From positions 38,688,001 to 38,752,000 of the forward strand of contig OX597818.1 of assembly GCA_951406725.2 (NCBI GenBank): DNA of 64,000 nt, given 5' to 3'. Positions 12,788 to 25,529 of the stretch are shown here, piece after piece. The translations under genes were made by a program, and so were the position numbers. The first letter of the stretch is position 1. Every line of letters starts with the position of its first letter. The notes under the pieces are model-generated. The model searched no databases. It was not told where the DNA came from and worked only from the letters and a program-made list of their open reading frames with translations. Source of the stretch: Octopus vulgaris. Its lineage: Eukaryota.

Positions 12788-14052
12788 TTAAAATTAAAAT
12801 GAGGGTGAAAAATTGGATATTAATTTGATAACATCAATTTTAACACCAGTGGTCTAGCATAAAAAAAAATTGAGGTTCAGTAAATAGTATTATATACATA
12901 TAAGAGGGAATTTACCATAATGCTAGAAGTAGATCCGCTATGGTCTTATCACTAAGAATTTTTCTCTAGAAAATTTAGCAAACACCAGAAACGTAAGCGA
13001 GCAAGACAAATGAAAAGTAACAAAAATATAGATTAATCATAAACAAATGTTTTACTATCAACAAATTACGTAATTTTACTTACATAATTTATCTGTAGAT
13101 CTTCAGTATGATCGTTTATACAAATATAATTTGCAGACCTAGACGCCAGACATCAACACGAGGTTGAAAATGCATGCAGTTCTACCTATTACACTTGTGG
13201 TTATTTTTCAAAAGTCTTCGTTTTGGTGTGCTAAATTACCGGAAATAATACTGCATAAAATAATTCACTGCAGTAGCCTTTGCCAGTTTGAGAATGTACT
13301 AATTTAAAATTAAAGTTAAAATGAAGGTGAAAAATTGGATATTAATTTGATAATATCAATTTTAACACCAGTGGTCTAGCATATAAAAAAACTGAGGTTC
13401 AGTAAATAGTATTACATACATATAAGAGTGAATTTACCACTATGTGGTGTTTGCTAAATTTTCTAGAGAACAATTCTTAGTGGTGAGATGATAGCGGATC
13501 TTCTTCTAGCATAAGGGTTTCCACATAGTGGTAAATTCCCTCTTATATGTATGTAATATTATTTACTGAACCTCAGTGTTTTTATATGCTAGACCACTGA
13601 TGTTAAAATTGATGTTATCAAATTAATATCCAATTTTTTACCTTCATTTTAATTTTAATTTTAAATTAATACGTTCTCAAACCAGCAAAGGCTACTGCAG
13701 TGAATTATTTTATGCAGTATTATTTCTGGTAATTTAGCGCGCCAAAACGAAGACTTTTGGAAAATAACCACAAGTGTAATAGGTAGAACTGCATGCATTT
13801 TCGACCTCGTGTTGATGTCTGGCATGTAGTTCTGAAAATTATATTTGTAAAGACGATCATACTGAAGATCTACAAATAAATTTTGTAAGTAAAATTACAT
13901 AATTAGTTGATAGTGAAACATTTGTTTATAATTAATCTATATTTATGTTACTTTTCATTTGTCTTGTTTGCTTACGTTTCTGGTGTTTGCTAAATTTTCT
14001 AGAGAACAATTCTTAGTGGTAAGACCATAGTGGATCTTCTAGCATAAGGGTA
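12788..14052. repeat. Tandem plus inverted array of a ~520-bp unit (Penelope-like pLTR arrangement)
   Basis: Unit 12788-13310, partial direct repeat to ~13447, then inverted copies to ~14052; hammerhead-like motif in each full unit. Confidence 0.88.
13856..13932 (+). ncRNA. Minimal hammerhead-like motif (second copy at 13036-13112, minus strand)
   Basis: ATCATA-CTGAAGA-TCTA...TAGT-GAAAC-ATTT-GTT-TATAAT (TATGAT in the other copy). Confidence 0.6.
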
Positions 14053-14383
14053 ACTCGAATGGTGTTTTTTACGTGCCACTGGCACGGAAGCCAGTTAGCC
14101 GCTCTGGCGACGATCACACTCGGATGGTGCTCTTAGCGCTCCACTAGCATGGATGCTAGTCATCGAATTTGATTTCGATTTTCACTTGCCTCAACAGATC
14201 TTTGCAAGCAGAGTTTAGTGTCCAATGAAGGAAGGGTATGCATAAGCGGGCTATTAAGATGAATTACTAACTGAAGAACCTAATATAAAGGAGCTTAATT
14301 GGTTGTAGTACTATTTAATTTATATCAGTATGATAAAGAAAATATACAAAATAGGAATTCGTTTTGAAGAAAAAAATACCAAC

Positions 14384-14506
14384 TTGGGGATACTGGCAGG
14401 CGATGTTATAGACAATATCATGGATGGCATATGCTTTTGGTTTATCGAGTAGTGATATCATTTGATTAATCCAATTCAAGAACATCCAACATGGTATTTT
14501 CTTGCT
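14384..14506 (-). CDS. PRKDC: PRKDC exon w21 (SKKIPCWMFLNWINQMISLLDK...YPQ)
   Basis: cag acceptor, GTTGGT donor, 123 nt. Confidence 0.95.
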
Positions 14507-15323
14507 CTGTAAAAAAGACAAAATCAAGAACAAAAAAAAAAAAAGAAAACTGAGTAAAGTTATAAAAATAACTGAAGATATGATAGTCAATTGTGATGAG
14601 CATTTGAATGTTAATCAAATTTCTCAGCATGTTAACACTCTCCCTATTTTGAATAGAAATAATAATAATAAACTTTTCTACTTTAGGCACAAGGCCTGAA
14701 AGTTTTGAGGGAGGGGGTAATCAATTACATTGACCTCAGTACTCAATTGGTACTTTATTTTATTGACTCTGGAAAGATGAAAAAGAAAGTCAACCTTGGC
14801 AGAATTTGAACTCAGAATGTAAAGATGGATGAAATACTGCTAAGCATTTTCTCTGGTGTGCTAATGACTCTGCCAGTTTGCAACCATTTTAATAATAAAT
14901 CTTTCTACTTTAGGCACAAGGTCTGGAGTTTTGGGGGTAGGGGCTAGTCAATTACATTAACCCCAGTGTTCAACTGGTACTTATTTTATCAACTTTGGAA
15001 AGATGAAGAGCAAAGTTAACCTCAACAGAATTTGAACTCAGAAGGTAAAGAAGTACAAACCACCACCACCAATAATTATCGTTTCAAATTTTGGCTCAAG
15101 ATCACCAAGTTTAGTGGGTGAGGGTTAGCCATTTACATTGATCCCTGGACTTGACTGAGTCAGTTTCAAAACATTGATGTTCAGGTCACAAAAGCAAAGT
15201 CTGAAGGGAATAATAGTCATTTCCTCAGATTTCCAAATAGGAAATAACATCTACTGACCAAAGATATAAATTTTTTTTTTAGTTTTGTTACACAGTGTTA
15301 TTTAACATATCTCAGCTACATAC

Positions 15324-15466
15324 CTCATTGATGAAAATATCTATACTCTCAGCATGAGTCTCAAGCAACTGTAGTAGATGACAGAAACGTTGCTGAGCTT
15401 CTTTTATGCCATATCGAATTGCTTTGAGTAAAGATGACATGAGATTATTTCCAAGAGATGGTGAAT
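15324..15466 (-). CDS. PRKDC: PRKDC exon w20 (SLLKAIRYGIKEAQQRFCHLLQLLE)
   Basis: cag acceptor, GTATGT donor, 143 nt. Confidence 0.94.
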
Positions 15467-15652
15467 CTGAAAATTTAAGAATAAAGCATCTTAGCTGTTT
15501 GTTGACAGCCATTTAAAGTGTTTAACATCCATACATTTGATATTGTTTCATGCTTATATTAGAAAGCTGCAACAAAGTTTTAGCTCATTTTCAAATGTTG
15601 CAAGTTATTTCATTTCATTATGTATCTATTCAGTTTCTTGATTCAATGCCTT

Positions 15653-16040
15653 TACTCTTACTCTTTTATTTGTTTCAGTCATTTGACTGTGGCCATGCTG
15701 GAGCACCGCCTTTAGTCGAGCAACTCAACCCCGGGACTTATTCTTTGTAAGCCCAGTACTTATTCTATTGGTCTCTTTTGCCAAACCACTAAGTGACGGG
15801 GACATAAACACACCAGCATCGGTTGTCAAAAAATGCTAGAGGGACAAACACAGACACACACACATATATACATATATACGACGGGCTTCTTTCAGTATCC
15901 GTCTACCAAATCCACTCACAAGGCTTTGATTGGCCCGAGGCTATAGTAGAAGACACTTGCCCAAGGTGCCACGCAGTGGGACTGAACCCGGAACCCTGTG
16001 GTTGGTAAGCAAGCTACTTACCACACATCCACTCCTGTGC
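15653..16040 (-). mobile_element. SINE family A copy
   Basis: Reverse-complement homology to 3768-4187. Confidence 0.85.
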
Positions 16041-17890
16041 CTTTATTTTTATTATTATTTTTTTTTTTGCTTTACAAGCATTATCTGTGTTTTTATCAAT
16101 TTTTGCACTATATAAAACAGAAGTTTTAACCTTTTACCTGATTCAGTTATTGGATTGCAGCCGTGCTGGGACAGTGACTTGCAGGGTCCCAATAATTATA
16201 ATGTATGAAGTCTGGTACTTATTCTATTGGTCGTTTTTGAAATTATAAGTTACAGGGAAATAGACAAAGGATCACTAGTTGTCAAGTGGTGAAGGGTGAG
16301 GAAAACACAAAGGCAAAGCCACACACAAATGTAAATACATACATACACAATTGCCCTGTGCTAGTAGGGTGCTAAGAGCACCATCCGAGCGTGATCGTTG
16401 CCAGAGCGGTTAAGTGGCTTCCGTGCCGGTGGCATGTAGGAGGTACCATTCAAGCGGGATTGTTACCAGCATCGCCTTACTGGCACATGTGCCGTTGGCA
16501 TGTGTAAAAAGATTCGAGCGAGGTTGTTGCCAGTACCACCTGACTGGCCCCCGTGCTGGTGGCACGTAAAAGCACCCACTACACTCTCAGAGTGGTTGGC
16601 GTTAGGAAAGGTGTCCAACTGTAGAAACTCTGCCAGATCAAGACTGGAGCCCTGGTGCAGCCATCTGGTTTGCCAGCCCTCAGTCAAACCGTCCGACCCA
16701 TGCTAGCATGGAAAGTGGACATTAAACGATGATGATGATGATGCACATATAAATATATATATAAATATGATGGGTTTTCAGTTTCAGTTTACCAAATTCA
16801 TTCAAAAGGCATTGGTCAGTTTGAGACTATAGTTGAAGACACTTGCCCAAGGTACCATGCAGTGGGACTACTTCAAGACCCTGTGACAAATTCTTAACGA
16901 TACAGCCATACCTGTGCCTATAATACATCAGATAATTTTTTAACCACTAGCAACTCAATCAACAATTAAAAGTAGAAATCCAAGCAAGCAAAGGTGTACT
17001 GCCAAGAGCATTACCCAATATTAATTTCAAATTTTGGCACAAGGCCAGCAAAATCAGGGAAGGAGCTAAGCCAATTACATCAACCCTAGTCCTCAACTGG
17101 TACTTATTTCATTGACGTTGAAAGGATGAAAGAAAACCTTGGTGGAATTTGAACTCAGAACATACGGATGGATGAAATGCCTAAGTATTTTGCCTGGCAT
17201 GTTAACAATTCTACTAACTCATTGCTCTAGCATAACCCAATATTAAATTTAGGCTTAGTATTTGATACCACATAAGATGAAATTTGAAAGTATGATTAAA
17301 TTTTTCGCATGTTGATAATGAAAGTATGATTTAAATGAATGAAATAAATTCCAGCATTTTGCTTATGATTACAACAATCTCTCCAAACACTAAATGAATA
17401 ATATTTAAGAAAATTAATGTAAAATTATGTTGTAACTTGGGAGGGTCATTATGCATATGATAAATACATGCTCCAGTTCTCTATATCATCATCATAGTTT
17501 AATGTCTGCTTTCCATGTTGGCATGGGTTGGGGAGTTTGACATGGATCTGGTTAGCAGGGTGCTGTCCAGACTCCAACTGTCTGTTGTGGCATGGCTTCT
17601 ACAGCTGGATGTCCTTCCTAGCGTCAGCGACTTAACAGAGTATGCTGGGTGGTATGTATGTGTGCGTGTGTATATCATCTCATCATGTTAAATCATTAAT
17701 CCCTATACATTTTTCTCTCTCTCTCTCTCCATTTTTTAACTCATCAATTTCTGTCAAAGAGTATGGGCTCAAAATGTCAAAGACTTTTCCGTTCTTCCTG
17801 AGCATCAAACTAATACACCAGCCTGTAGTTCCCTCACCTGTCTTTGTCCTTTGTTTCCTGTAAATTTGAAATTTATACACACATACACAC

Positions 17891-17930
<40 letters not shown>

Positions 17931-17989
17931 ACATCATCAGTCCCCACCACTACTTGACAGTTGGTATTGGTTTGTTCAACATAAAAGGT

Positions 17990-18393
17990 CTCTTTTATTC
18001 TTTTACTTGTTTCAGTTATTTGACTGTGGCCATGCTGGAGCACTGCCTTTAGTCAAGCAAATTGACCCCAGGACTTATTCTTTGTAAGCCTAGTACTTAT
18101 TCTATCGGTCTCTTTTGCTGAACTGCTAAGTTAAGGGGACGTAAACACACCAGCATCACTTCTCAAGCGATGTTTGGGGGACAAACACAGACACACAAAC
18201 ATATACACACACATATATATACATATATGCAATGGGCTTCTTTCAGTTTCCGTCTACCAAATCCACTCACAAGGCTTTGGTCAGCCCGAGGCTATAGTAG
18301 AAAACACTTGCCCAAGGTGCCACACAGTGGGACTGAACTCGGGACCATGTGGTTCGTAAGCAAGCTACTTACCACACAGCCACTCCTACACCT
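17990..18393 (-). mobile_element. SINE family A copy
   Basis: Reverse-complement homology to 3768-4187. Confidence 0.85.
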
Positions 18394-19001
18394 ATTGATG
18401 GAATTATACCATAATTATACAAGCAGATAAATAGATAAATAGTAACAAAGACAAAATATGATGTGTTCATAAAGAAATATGAAATGAAATAGGTAACCTG
18501 GCATATAAAACATTATAGTCCTAGCTACACTTAGAACTTGTGCCAGGCTGTTGGTGACTAAACTAGCAACCCCACAGAGTTTTCTTTGTGAGGAAGGTGT
18601 TTTTCTTGCTATTTTGTTACCCTGCAGGATTAAATACAAGACTTGTTAAAGGGCAGACTCGCGGATACTTACCATATAACACTTAGGACTTAGTCTTAGA
18701 TCTGCTATGAGCTCCAGGACTCATAAAGCCAGAATTTAATCCAGTTTCCATGGCATATAAGTGACAAAGATAACAACAACACTTCCTGATGAATGAGAGA
18801 CTTGTCTATCACTGGGTTAAATTCCCAGCTATTGCTGAGAGGACTGGAGCAATGTGGAATGAAGTGTTTTGCTCAAGAACACAACGCATCACCTGCTCTG
18901 GGAATTGAAGCCATGATCATATGATGATGAATGCAACATCCTAATCACTAGGCCATGTGCCTTTACAGGTAATCAGAAATAGTTGACATATGCATACATA
19001 C

Positions 19002-19152
19002 CTTGCAAAAACTGATTGCAGTATTTAGCAATTGCTAGGTGTGTTTCTCCAATACTTTCTCTTACAGAAACCGACTTTTCTTCAGAATCATCACTGATAA
19101 CATTTTTCTCAAGATATTCACAGCCAGAAATAATTAATTTCTGAGATAATTC
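19002..19152 (-). CDS. PRKDC: PRKDC exon w19 (ELSQKLIISGCEYL...HLAIAKYCNQFLQ)
   Basis: cag acceptor, GTATGT donor, 151 nt; human YMTLADFCDQQLR. Confidence 0.9.
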
Positions 19153-20377
19153 CTGGAGTTGATTAGAGGAAATAAATTGTTTAATAATTAATTTTCTTAT
19201 AATTTTTTTTTAGTTGCATACTAAATAATGTCAGTAAACTTTCTAAAATCCTGAGTTGATATCCTACTTGTCAATCCCCAGCCCATCCAAAGTACCTTGG
19301 ATCGCAGGATGGCCTGCTGTGCTTACCTTGGATCGTAGGATTACCTGCTGTGCTTGAGGAGATCTATTGAGTCAAGTACATAAACATCAACAAATCAAAT
19401 GGAAATTGTAGTTGTGATACCTGTGCCAGTGGCACATAAAAAGCACCATCCAAACGTGGCCGACGCCAGAGCCACCATGACTGACTTCCGTGCCGGTTGC
19501 ATGTAAAAAGCACCAACTGATCGTGGGTGTTGCCAGTCTCCCCCGGCACCTGTGCTGGTGGCACGTAAAAAGCACCCACTACGCTCATGGAGTGGTTGGT
19601 ATTAGGAAGGGCATCCAGCTGTAGAAACACTGCCAGATCAGATTGGAGCCTGGTGCAACCTCTTGGCTTCCCAGACCCAAGTTGAACCGTCCAACCCATG
19701 CTAGCATGGAAAACAGACATTAAACGATGATGATGATGATGAGTTAAATATGGTTGAACACCAGTAATCAAGCACAGCCAGAATTGGAAACCAGAGCCTA
19801 GATCCAGAGAAAGGCTAAATGAGTTGATTTGGTAGCATTCTGATTTCAGGTTAAGTACAGGAGTAGCTGCTTCTTTCCTCGCATCAAGCAGACTGGAAGA
19901 CTTAAACTCAGTATTGCAGGCTAAATTCTTTTTCTGTGAGTTAGTTAGAAGATGTGGGGAGGGGCAGCACTCATTTTCTTTGCAGACCAGCTCTCTTATT
20001 TGCATGACTGATGCAGCTTTATCCTCTTTAGATCTATATCTGTAAGATAAACATGAGTGCAGAGGGAACTGGGTTGGATGGTCTTGATGTTTATAAGATA
20101 TAGTGAACACTGGTTCAAGGCTAGAATTTATTATGAAAGAATTGTCAAGTAAATCAAGTCTAATATGTGATTGCTACTAATGTTATTGACTTCAGGAAGG
20201 ATAAGCAACAAAGCTGAACTCAGCAGCATTTTAACACTCTGAATAGTAAGAAATGTAAGTAAATACAGCAAAGCATTTTCTTTCCTAATGGTTCTGTCAC
20301 CGAGCTCCCTAAATGACGCCAACACCGCTGACAACAACAACAACAACAACAACAATAGTATAAAATTTTATCTTTGC

Positions 20378-20580
20378 CTTTGTTGACAGTGTTCCGCTTT
20401 CATAGCCGGCATAGTAACTTATTTTCTGCTGGATATCAAGTGGCAGATTTTCAAATTGAAACTCATCACCTTCATTCTTCAGTACTGAAGCTAGTGATGA
20501 CAAGTGTTCTCCATAAAGTACATTATGTTTCCACCTCAGACTTTGCTCCTCAGGTGGCAATAGGCTTAGATCATGTTCAC
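20378..20580 (-). CDS. PRKDC: PRKDC exon w18 (EHDLSLLPPEEQSLRWKHNVLYG...GTLSTK), probable GC donor
   Basis: cag acceptor; the 3' end is best placed at AAG|GCAAAG, which gives the phase 0 the next exon needs; 203 nt. Confidence 0.78.
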
Positions 20581-20940
20581 CTGTTGATAAACATAAAATC
20601 ATCTAATTTTCAATCTGCTGATTAACATAAAATCATCTAATTCTTATTTTTACAAGAAATAATGTATAGAAACAAAATAATGGGTTATTAGATAATCTCC
20701 GCCCCCCCCCCCCATTTATTTTAATCCTTTGCCATTTGAATAAACACAAAAAATTTAGTGTTTTATGTTTTTTTTAAGCTCTACTCTCTCCCTACAGCTG
20801 TTTCCACATTTTAAAAATGTGAATAAACTCACCCTCTTTTCAGGCATATGGCAGTGGCGTACCAAGTAGTATATAATGTATAAAATGTACAGCAAAATAT
20901 ACTTAGTTTTATAAGTTGAAAAATACTATTTATTTCAGTA

Positions 20941-21482
20941 TGTAGTGATGCTGTCCGGCAGCGTGCGCGCGCAGCGCCCTCTCGCGCATATGCGAAGTCC
21001 GGAAGAGGGAATTTTGCTGACGTGGCAGTTAGCCGAGGCAAGGGAGCGTGAACCTTAAAAGGGTCCGGAGAGACATAGCAGCAGTGGGCTGACTTGAGAC
21101 ACGGCGACTGAAGGCACTAGACGTGTAATCCTCTATCTGTCCGGATTTGATATAACAGCAGTCGGCAGAAGACTTTTAACCAGGATTTGTTGCAGACCAC
21201 ATCATCTTCTCTCTCCTGACGCCATTTTGACCACAGTTCTGTTTTAGCGGCTGAACACTGTAAAATCTACAAGCGTTAAAGTTCAGCCTTGCACGCCCAG
21301 AACCAAGCGGAACCAGATATACCACTTATTTGTTACCGTCATAAGAGAATAAAGTATATATATTTTTTACGTCTGCGTTTTGTGTTTCTGACTGGTAGAA
21401 TCTGGATATTAAAAGCAACGGTAATTTGTATGCACCAACTGCACCTTAAAAGTGCAGTGAAGCTATATTAGTTCCTGTTACA
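20941..21482 (+). mobile_element. Solo LTR (Gypsy-like)
   Basis: TGTAGT...GTTACA termini, 4-bp TSD AGTA, 542 bp, internal AATAAA; homologous to 45501-46040. Confidence 0.82.
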
Positions 21483-21502
21483 AGTATAACAAATATTCAT
21501 AA

Positions 21503-21831
21503 TCTGTTGTGTCTGGGGAGAGTCATTCTTTTTTGGTACCTTGTAATTTAACATAAACACCAGTAAAATTTCCACTTATTTCCTTTTTATTTTTCTAAAA
21601 TTTTCATTATCTTGCAACCTTTTCAATAGTCTTGACTCTCAAAACTATTGAAAAGGTTGCAAGAAAATGAAAATTTTAGAAAAATAAAAAGGAAATAAGT
21701 GTAAATTTTACCAGTGAGTGTGTTAAATTATAAGGCACCAAAAGAGAATACCTCTCCATAGACACAACAGAATATGCTTCAACACATGAACTCACATAAA
21801 GAATCTTGCAAACCAAATCCAAAAACGAAAT
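21503..21831. repeat. Fold-back element (unamplified form of the 48847 family)
   Basis: About 130-bp inverted arms 21503-21771 plus a one-sided tail; half copy at 26553-26692. Confidence 0.92.
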
Positions 21832-21850
21832 ATTCATAAAATATACATAC

Positions 21851-21980
21851 AAAGAATCTTAAGGTTGTTCACCAGGTTGATACAGGTATCATTAGAGAGA
21901 AGGGTATTTTTCTGGCATGACTGAACATACAGATGATTCCATTTCAACTTCAACTTCATGAGAGAAATATGTTTACAATC
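21851..21980 (-). CDS. PRKDC: PRKDC exon w17 (DCKHISLMKLKLKWNHLYVQSC...NLKIL)
   Basis: tag acceptor, GTATGT donor, 130 nt, open frame, phases fit. Confidence 0.85.
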
Positions 21981-23276
21981 CTAATGGATAAATGTATAAG
22001 AAAAATATAAGATAAATTGTAATGGATGAAATAGTAAAACAATAAAAAAAAAATGTATAAATCAAGGTAAATTTAAGGAAAACAAAAAAAATTATTTACA
22101 GAGGGAAAATACAACAAAGTTAAAGGAAAACTTGAAAGTTGAATGATGTACAAATGCGGAGAATGAAAAAGAATATACTTCATGTTTATGTGGAGGAGTT
22201 GTGTGTAACTGTACCATGTTCATTCCTTGTTAAACCAGATCAAAACTTAGGCTCATATCATAATTTTCTATGTTTATAAATCCTTCTCGATTAATATAGA
22301 CACATAGGGCCAGTTTCCTGGTTTCTATGGCATTGGCACGTAAAAAGCACCCACTACACTCACAGAGAAGTTGGCATTAGGAAGGGCATCCAGCTGTAGA
22401 AACACTGCCAGATCAGACTGGAGCCTGGTGCAGCCTCCTGGCTTCCCAGACCCCAGTCGAACCGTCCAACCCATGCTAGCATGGAAAACGAACGTTAAAT
22501 GATGATGATGATGATGATGATGATGATATACTCTTTCCTGGACAGGACACCGGTTTGTCACAGGATTATTCATTTTTGCCAGCTGAGTGGACTGGAGCAA
22601 TGTAAAATGAAGTGTTTTGTTCAAGGACACGACACTTCACCTGGTCCTGGAATCAAAAACCACAATCTTACCATCATGAATTCAGCACCCTAACCTCTAA
22701 GCCAAGTGCTGTCACACTTTTCTATGCTTGCATGAGTCGAATGAAATTTGTTGAAGCAAGATTTTCCAAGACTGGATGTTATTCCTATCACCAGCACTCA
22801 TCTGTTTTCAAACAGAGTAATATTTCCCCTCATCCTTTGGACATAATAGTACAACAGCTAGACATTTACACAGAATATTGCTTATGAATAACATTGCTGG
22901 CACGGCAGTGATGTTTGTTTACAATTAGATTGTAATGTCAAGATAGAGAAGCATACAGACACACATGTCGAAGCTCAGGGAATTGTCAGTTCTGGTCTGA
23001 GTTTCAACACTAGATAGGCTTTCTGTTACCTTTTCAAGGTCCAACAAAGGAGTTGCATTCATTACTGTAAGTTTATGAAATACTTTTGAATTAAATAAAC
23101 AAGTTCCTGCTACTTACTGTGACAAGTATGAGTCTATATCTATTGAGAAGTAATACCAACACATACATTGATTAGATGTTAAGAAAGAGAGCTAACATCT
23201 TGAAAACAAATATAAAGATTGTTAAAAGTTCTTTCTCAGCCTAACACGAAGCAAGAACAAACTAAATACCAATATC

Positions 23277-23483
23277 TCTCTTTACTCTTTTACTTGTTTC
23301 AGTCATTTGATTGTGGCCATGCTGGAGCACCACCTTTAGTTGAGCAAATCGACCCCAGGACTTATCCTTTGTAAGCCTAGTACTTATTCTATTGGTCTCT
23401 TTTGCTGAACCGCTAAGTTACAGGGGCGTAAACACACCAGCATCGGTTGTCAAGCAATGTTGTGGGGACAAACAGACACACAA

Positions 23484-23556
<73 letters not shown>

Positions 23557-23724
23557 TATAATGATGGGCTTCTTTCAGTTTCCATCTATCAAATCTACTC
23601 ACAAGGCTTTGGTCGGCCTAAGGCTATAGTTGAAGACACTTGCCCAAGGTGCCCCGCAGTGGGAATGAACCCAAAACCATGTGGTTGCTAAGTGAGCTAC
23701 TTACCACACAACCACTCCTGCACC
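23277..23724 (-). mobile_element. SINE family A copy
   Basis: Reverse-complement homology to 3768-4187. Confidence 0.85.
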
Positions 23725-23743
23725 TATAAAAAATTTGAACGTG

Positions 23744-23816
23744 TGGAGAATCCGGGCATCGATCCCGGTACCTCTAGCATGCTAAGTGACCACTCTACCA
23801 TCTGAGCTAATTCCCC
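23744..23816 (-). tRNA. tRNA-Ala(AGC), probably a pseudogene
   Basis: GGGGAATTAGCTCAGATGGTAGAGTGGTCACTTAGCATGCTAGAGGTACCGGGATCGATGCCCGGATTCTCCA; acceptor stem with G3.U70, D and T arms pair, T6 terminator about 10 nt downstream; anticodon stem has 3 of 5 mismatches. Confidence 0.85.
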
Positions 23817-24926
23817 TGGTATATGAATAAAATATTTTTATAACTGTGTAAAGAAGTGCTGATCTCTAACTGTGGAGGGTAGCTCTGTTAGAGGTAGACC
23901 CAAGAAGACATGGGATGAGGTGGTGAAACATGATCTTTGAACTTTTGGACTCACAGAGGCAATGACTTTAGTGATATGCTATGCTTGAGAAGACCTGTCA
24001 AGCTAAGTGAAATCACAGTTGTGGCCAATGCTGGTATCATGTAACTGGTACCCATGCCAGTGGCATGTAAAAAGCACCTTTCAAGTGTTGGGCTTCACAG
24101 AGGCAAAGTGGCCAATGCTGGTGGTACATGAAAAGCACCTTTCAAGTGTTGGACCTTACAGAAGCAATGATGAATGACTGAGACCTTTAGCAATATGCTG
24201 TGCTTGAGAAGAAGATACATCAAGCCAAGTAAAATCAGTCATGGCAGATACTGGTGTCATGCAAGTGGCACCCATGCTGGTGGCATGTAAAAGCACCCGG
24301 TATACTCTTGGAGTGGTTGGTGTTAGAAAGGGCATCCAGCCATAGAAACCATGCCAAATCAGACTGGAGTCTGGTGCAGCCTTCCAACTTGCCAGCCCTG
24401 GTCAAACTGTCCAACCTATGCCAGCATGGACAACGGATGATGATGATGATGATGATGATATTCCTATTTTGGCAGGGATTGGATAGATGCCTCTATCTAA
24501 CCCAAGTCGTTTTATATTTGAATTCACTCTTTGGCATTAACCACTTTATCATGAATAAAATTTGGTAGAAACAATATAGACAAATTTTGGTCTATAATAA
24601 TTCTTTTGTTTTACTTTTTAGCTGAATCAGTCGGCTTGTAAACAGGATTGAAACTCTACTATAGATATTGTAATTAATGTATTCTTTAAGGCAGTGAGCT
24701 TGCAGAATTATTAGCATGCCAAGCAAAATGCTTAGTGACATTTCATCTGTCTGTATGTTCTGAGTTCAAATTCCACCAAAGTTGACTTGATCTTTAATCC
24801 TTTTGGGGGTTGATAAAATAAGTCCAAATTTATACTTCATCAGTTTTTCTTTTTAATCTCAAAAATTACCTTACATTATATATAGATAAAGTTTATATAT
24901 TAAGTATATAATAAACACAAACTTAC

Positions 24927-25113
24927 TCCAGAAATTTTTTTCAGTATTGTTCGTGCCAGTTTAAAATTATTTTGCTCACAACAGCTTTCAGCCCTTAATA
25001 GTTGCAGAGTCAACTTGAATTCTTTTGGGAAATAATTACCATCATTGGTATCCATAGCATCGCTATATTCAGGTTTATTTCGTTCAATAGTGATTTGATC
25101 AATATAAGTCAAT
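24927..25113 (-). CDS. PRKDC: PRKDC exon w16 (LTYIDQI...EQNNFKLARTILKKISG)
   Basis: cag acceptor, GTAAGT donor, 187 nt; QNNF.LA conserved. Confidence 0.93.
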
Positions 25114-25441
25114 CTGAAGATTAAAAATAGAAAATAGAAAATCATAATATTCTAGTTATTGAACAGCATTTCATATAAAATTTCGTATAAAGATGAATTT
25201 ACACCAATTATTGAAAATGGGATAGATTGTGTAACTTTTGCCTCTAAGGAGATACATTTCAAGAATTAGATGTCTGAGATGAATTGTTTGTTGTTAATGA
25301 GCCATTGCATGGCACCTTCAGCAAATGTCTTCTACTATAGCCTTGGGCTGACTAAATCCTTGTGAGTGGGTTGTAAACAGGGAAACTAAAACAACCTTGT
25401 CATATATATATCAAAATAAGCAACAAAGTTATCCAGAGGTA

Positions 25442-25529
25442 ATGCAGTACGATTGTTTCAAGCAACTCCATTTAACTGAACAATGCAATCTTTACATCAA
25501 TTTAAATGCAGAGCAATCCTCAGCTGCAT
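25442..25529 (-). ncRNA. Minimal type I hammerhead-like motif, canonical core
   Basis: ATGCAG-CTGAGGA-[stem II]-GAAAC-AATC-GTA-CTGCAT. Confidence 0.65.

Noticed and set aside
19364-20110. 248-aa ORF as a nested gene
   Set aside because: Half of it is the antisense of the RTE-tail repeat including the (CAT)n run; no recognisable domain.
20789-20845. Additional hammerhead (CTGAAAA...GAAACAGCTGTA, minus strand)
   Set aside because: G8 is lost without compensation and stems I and II are unconvincing.
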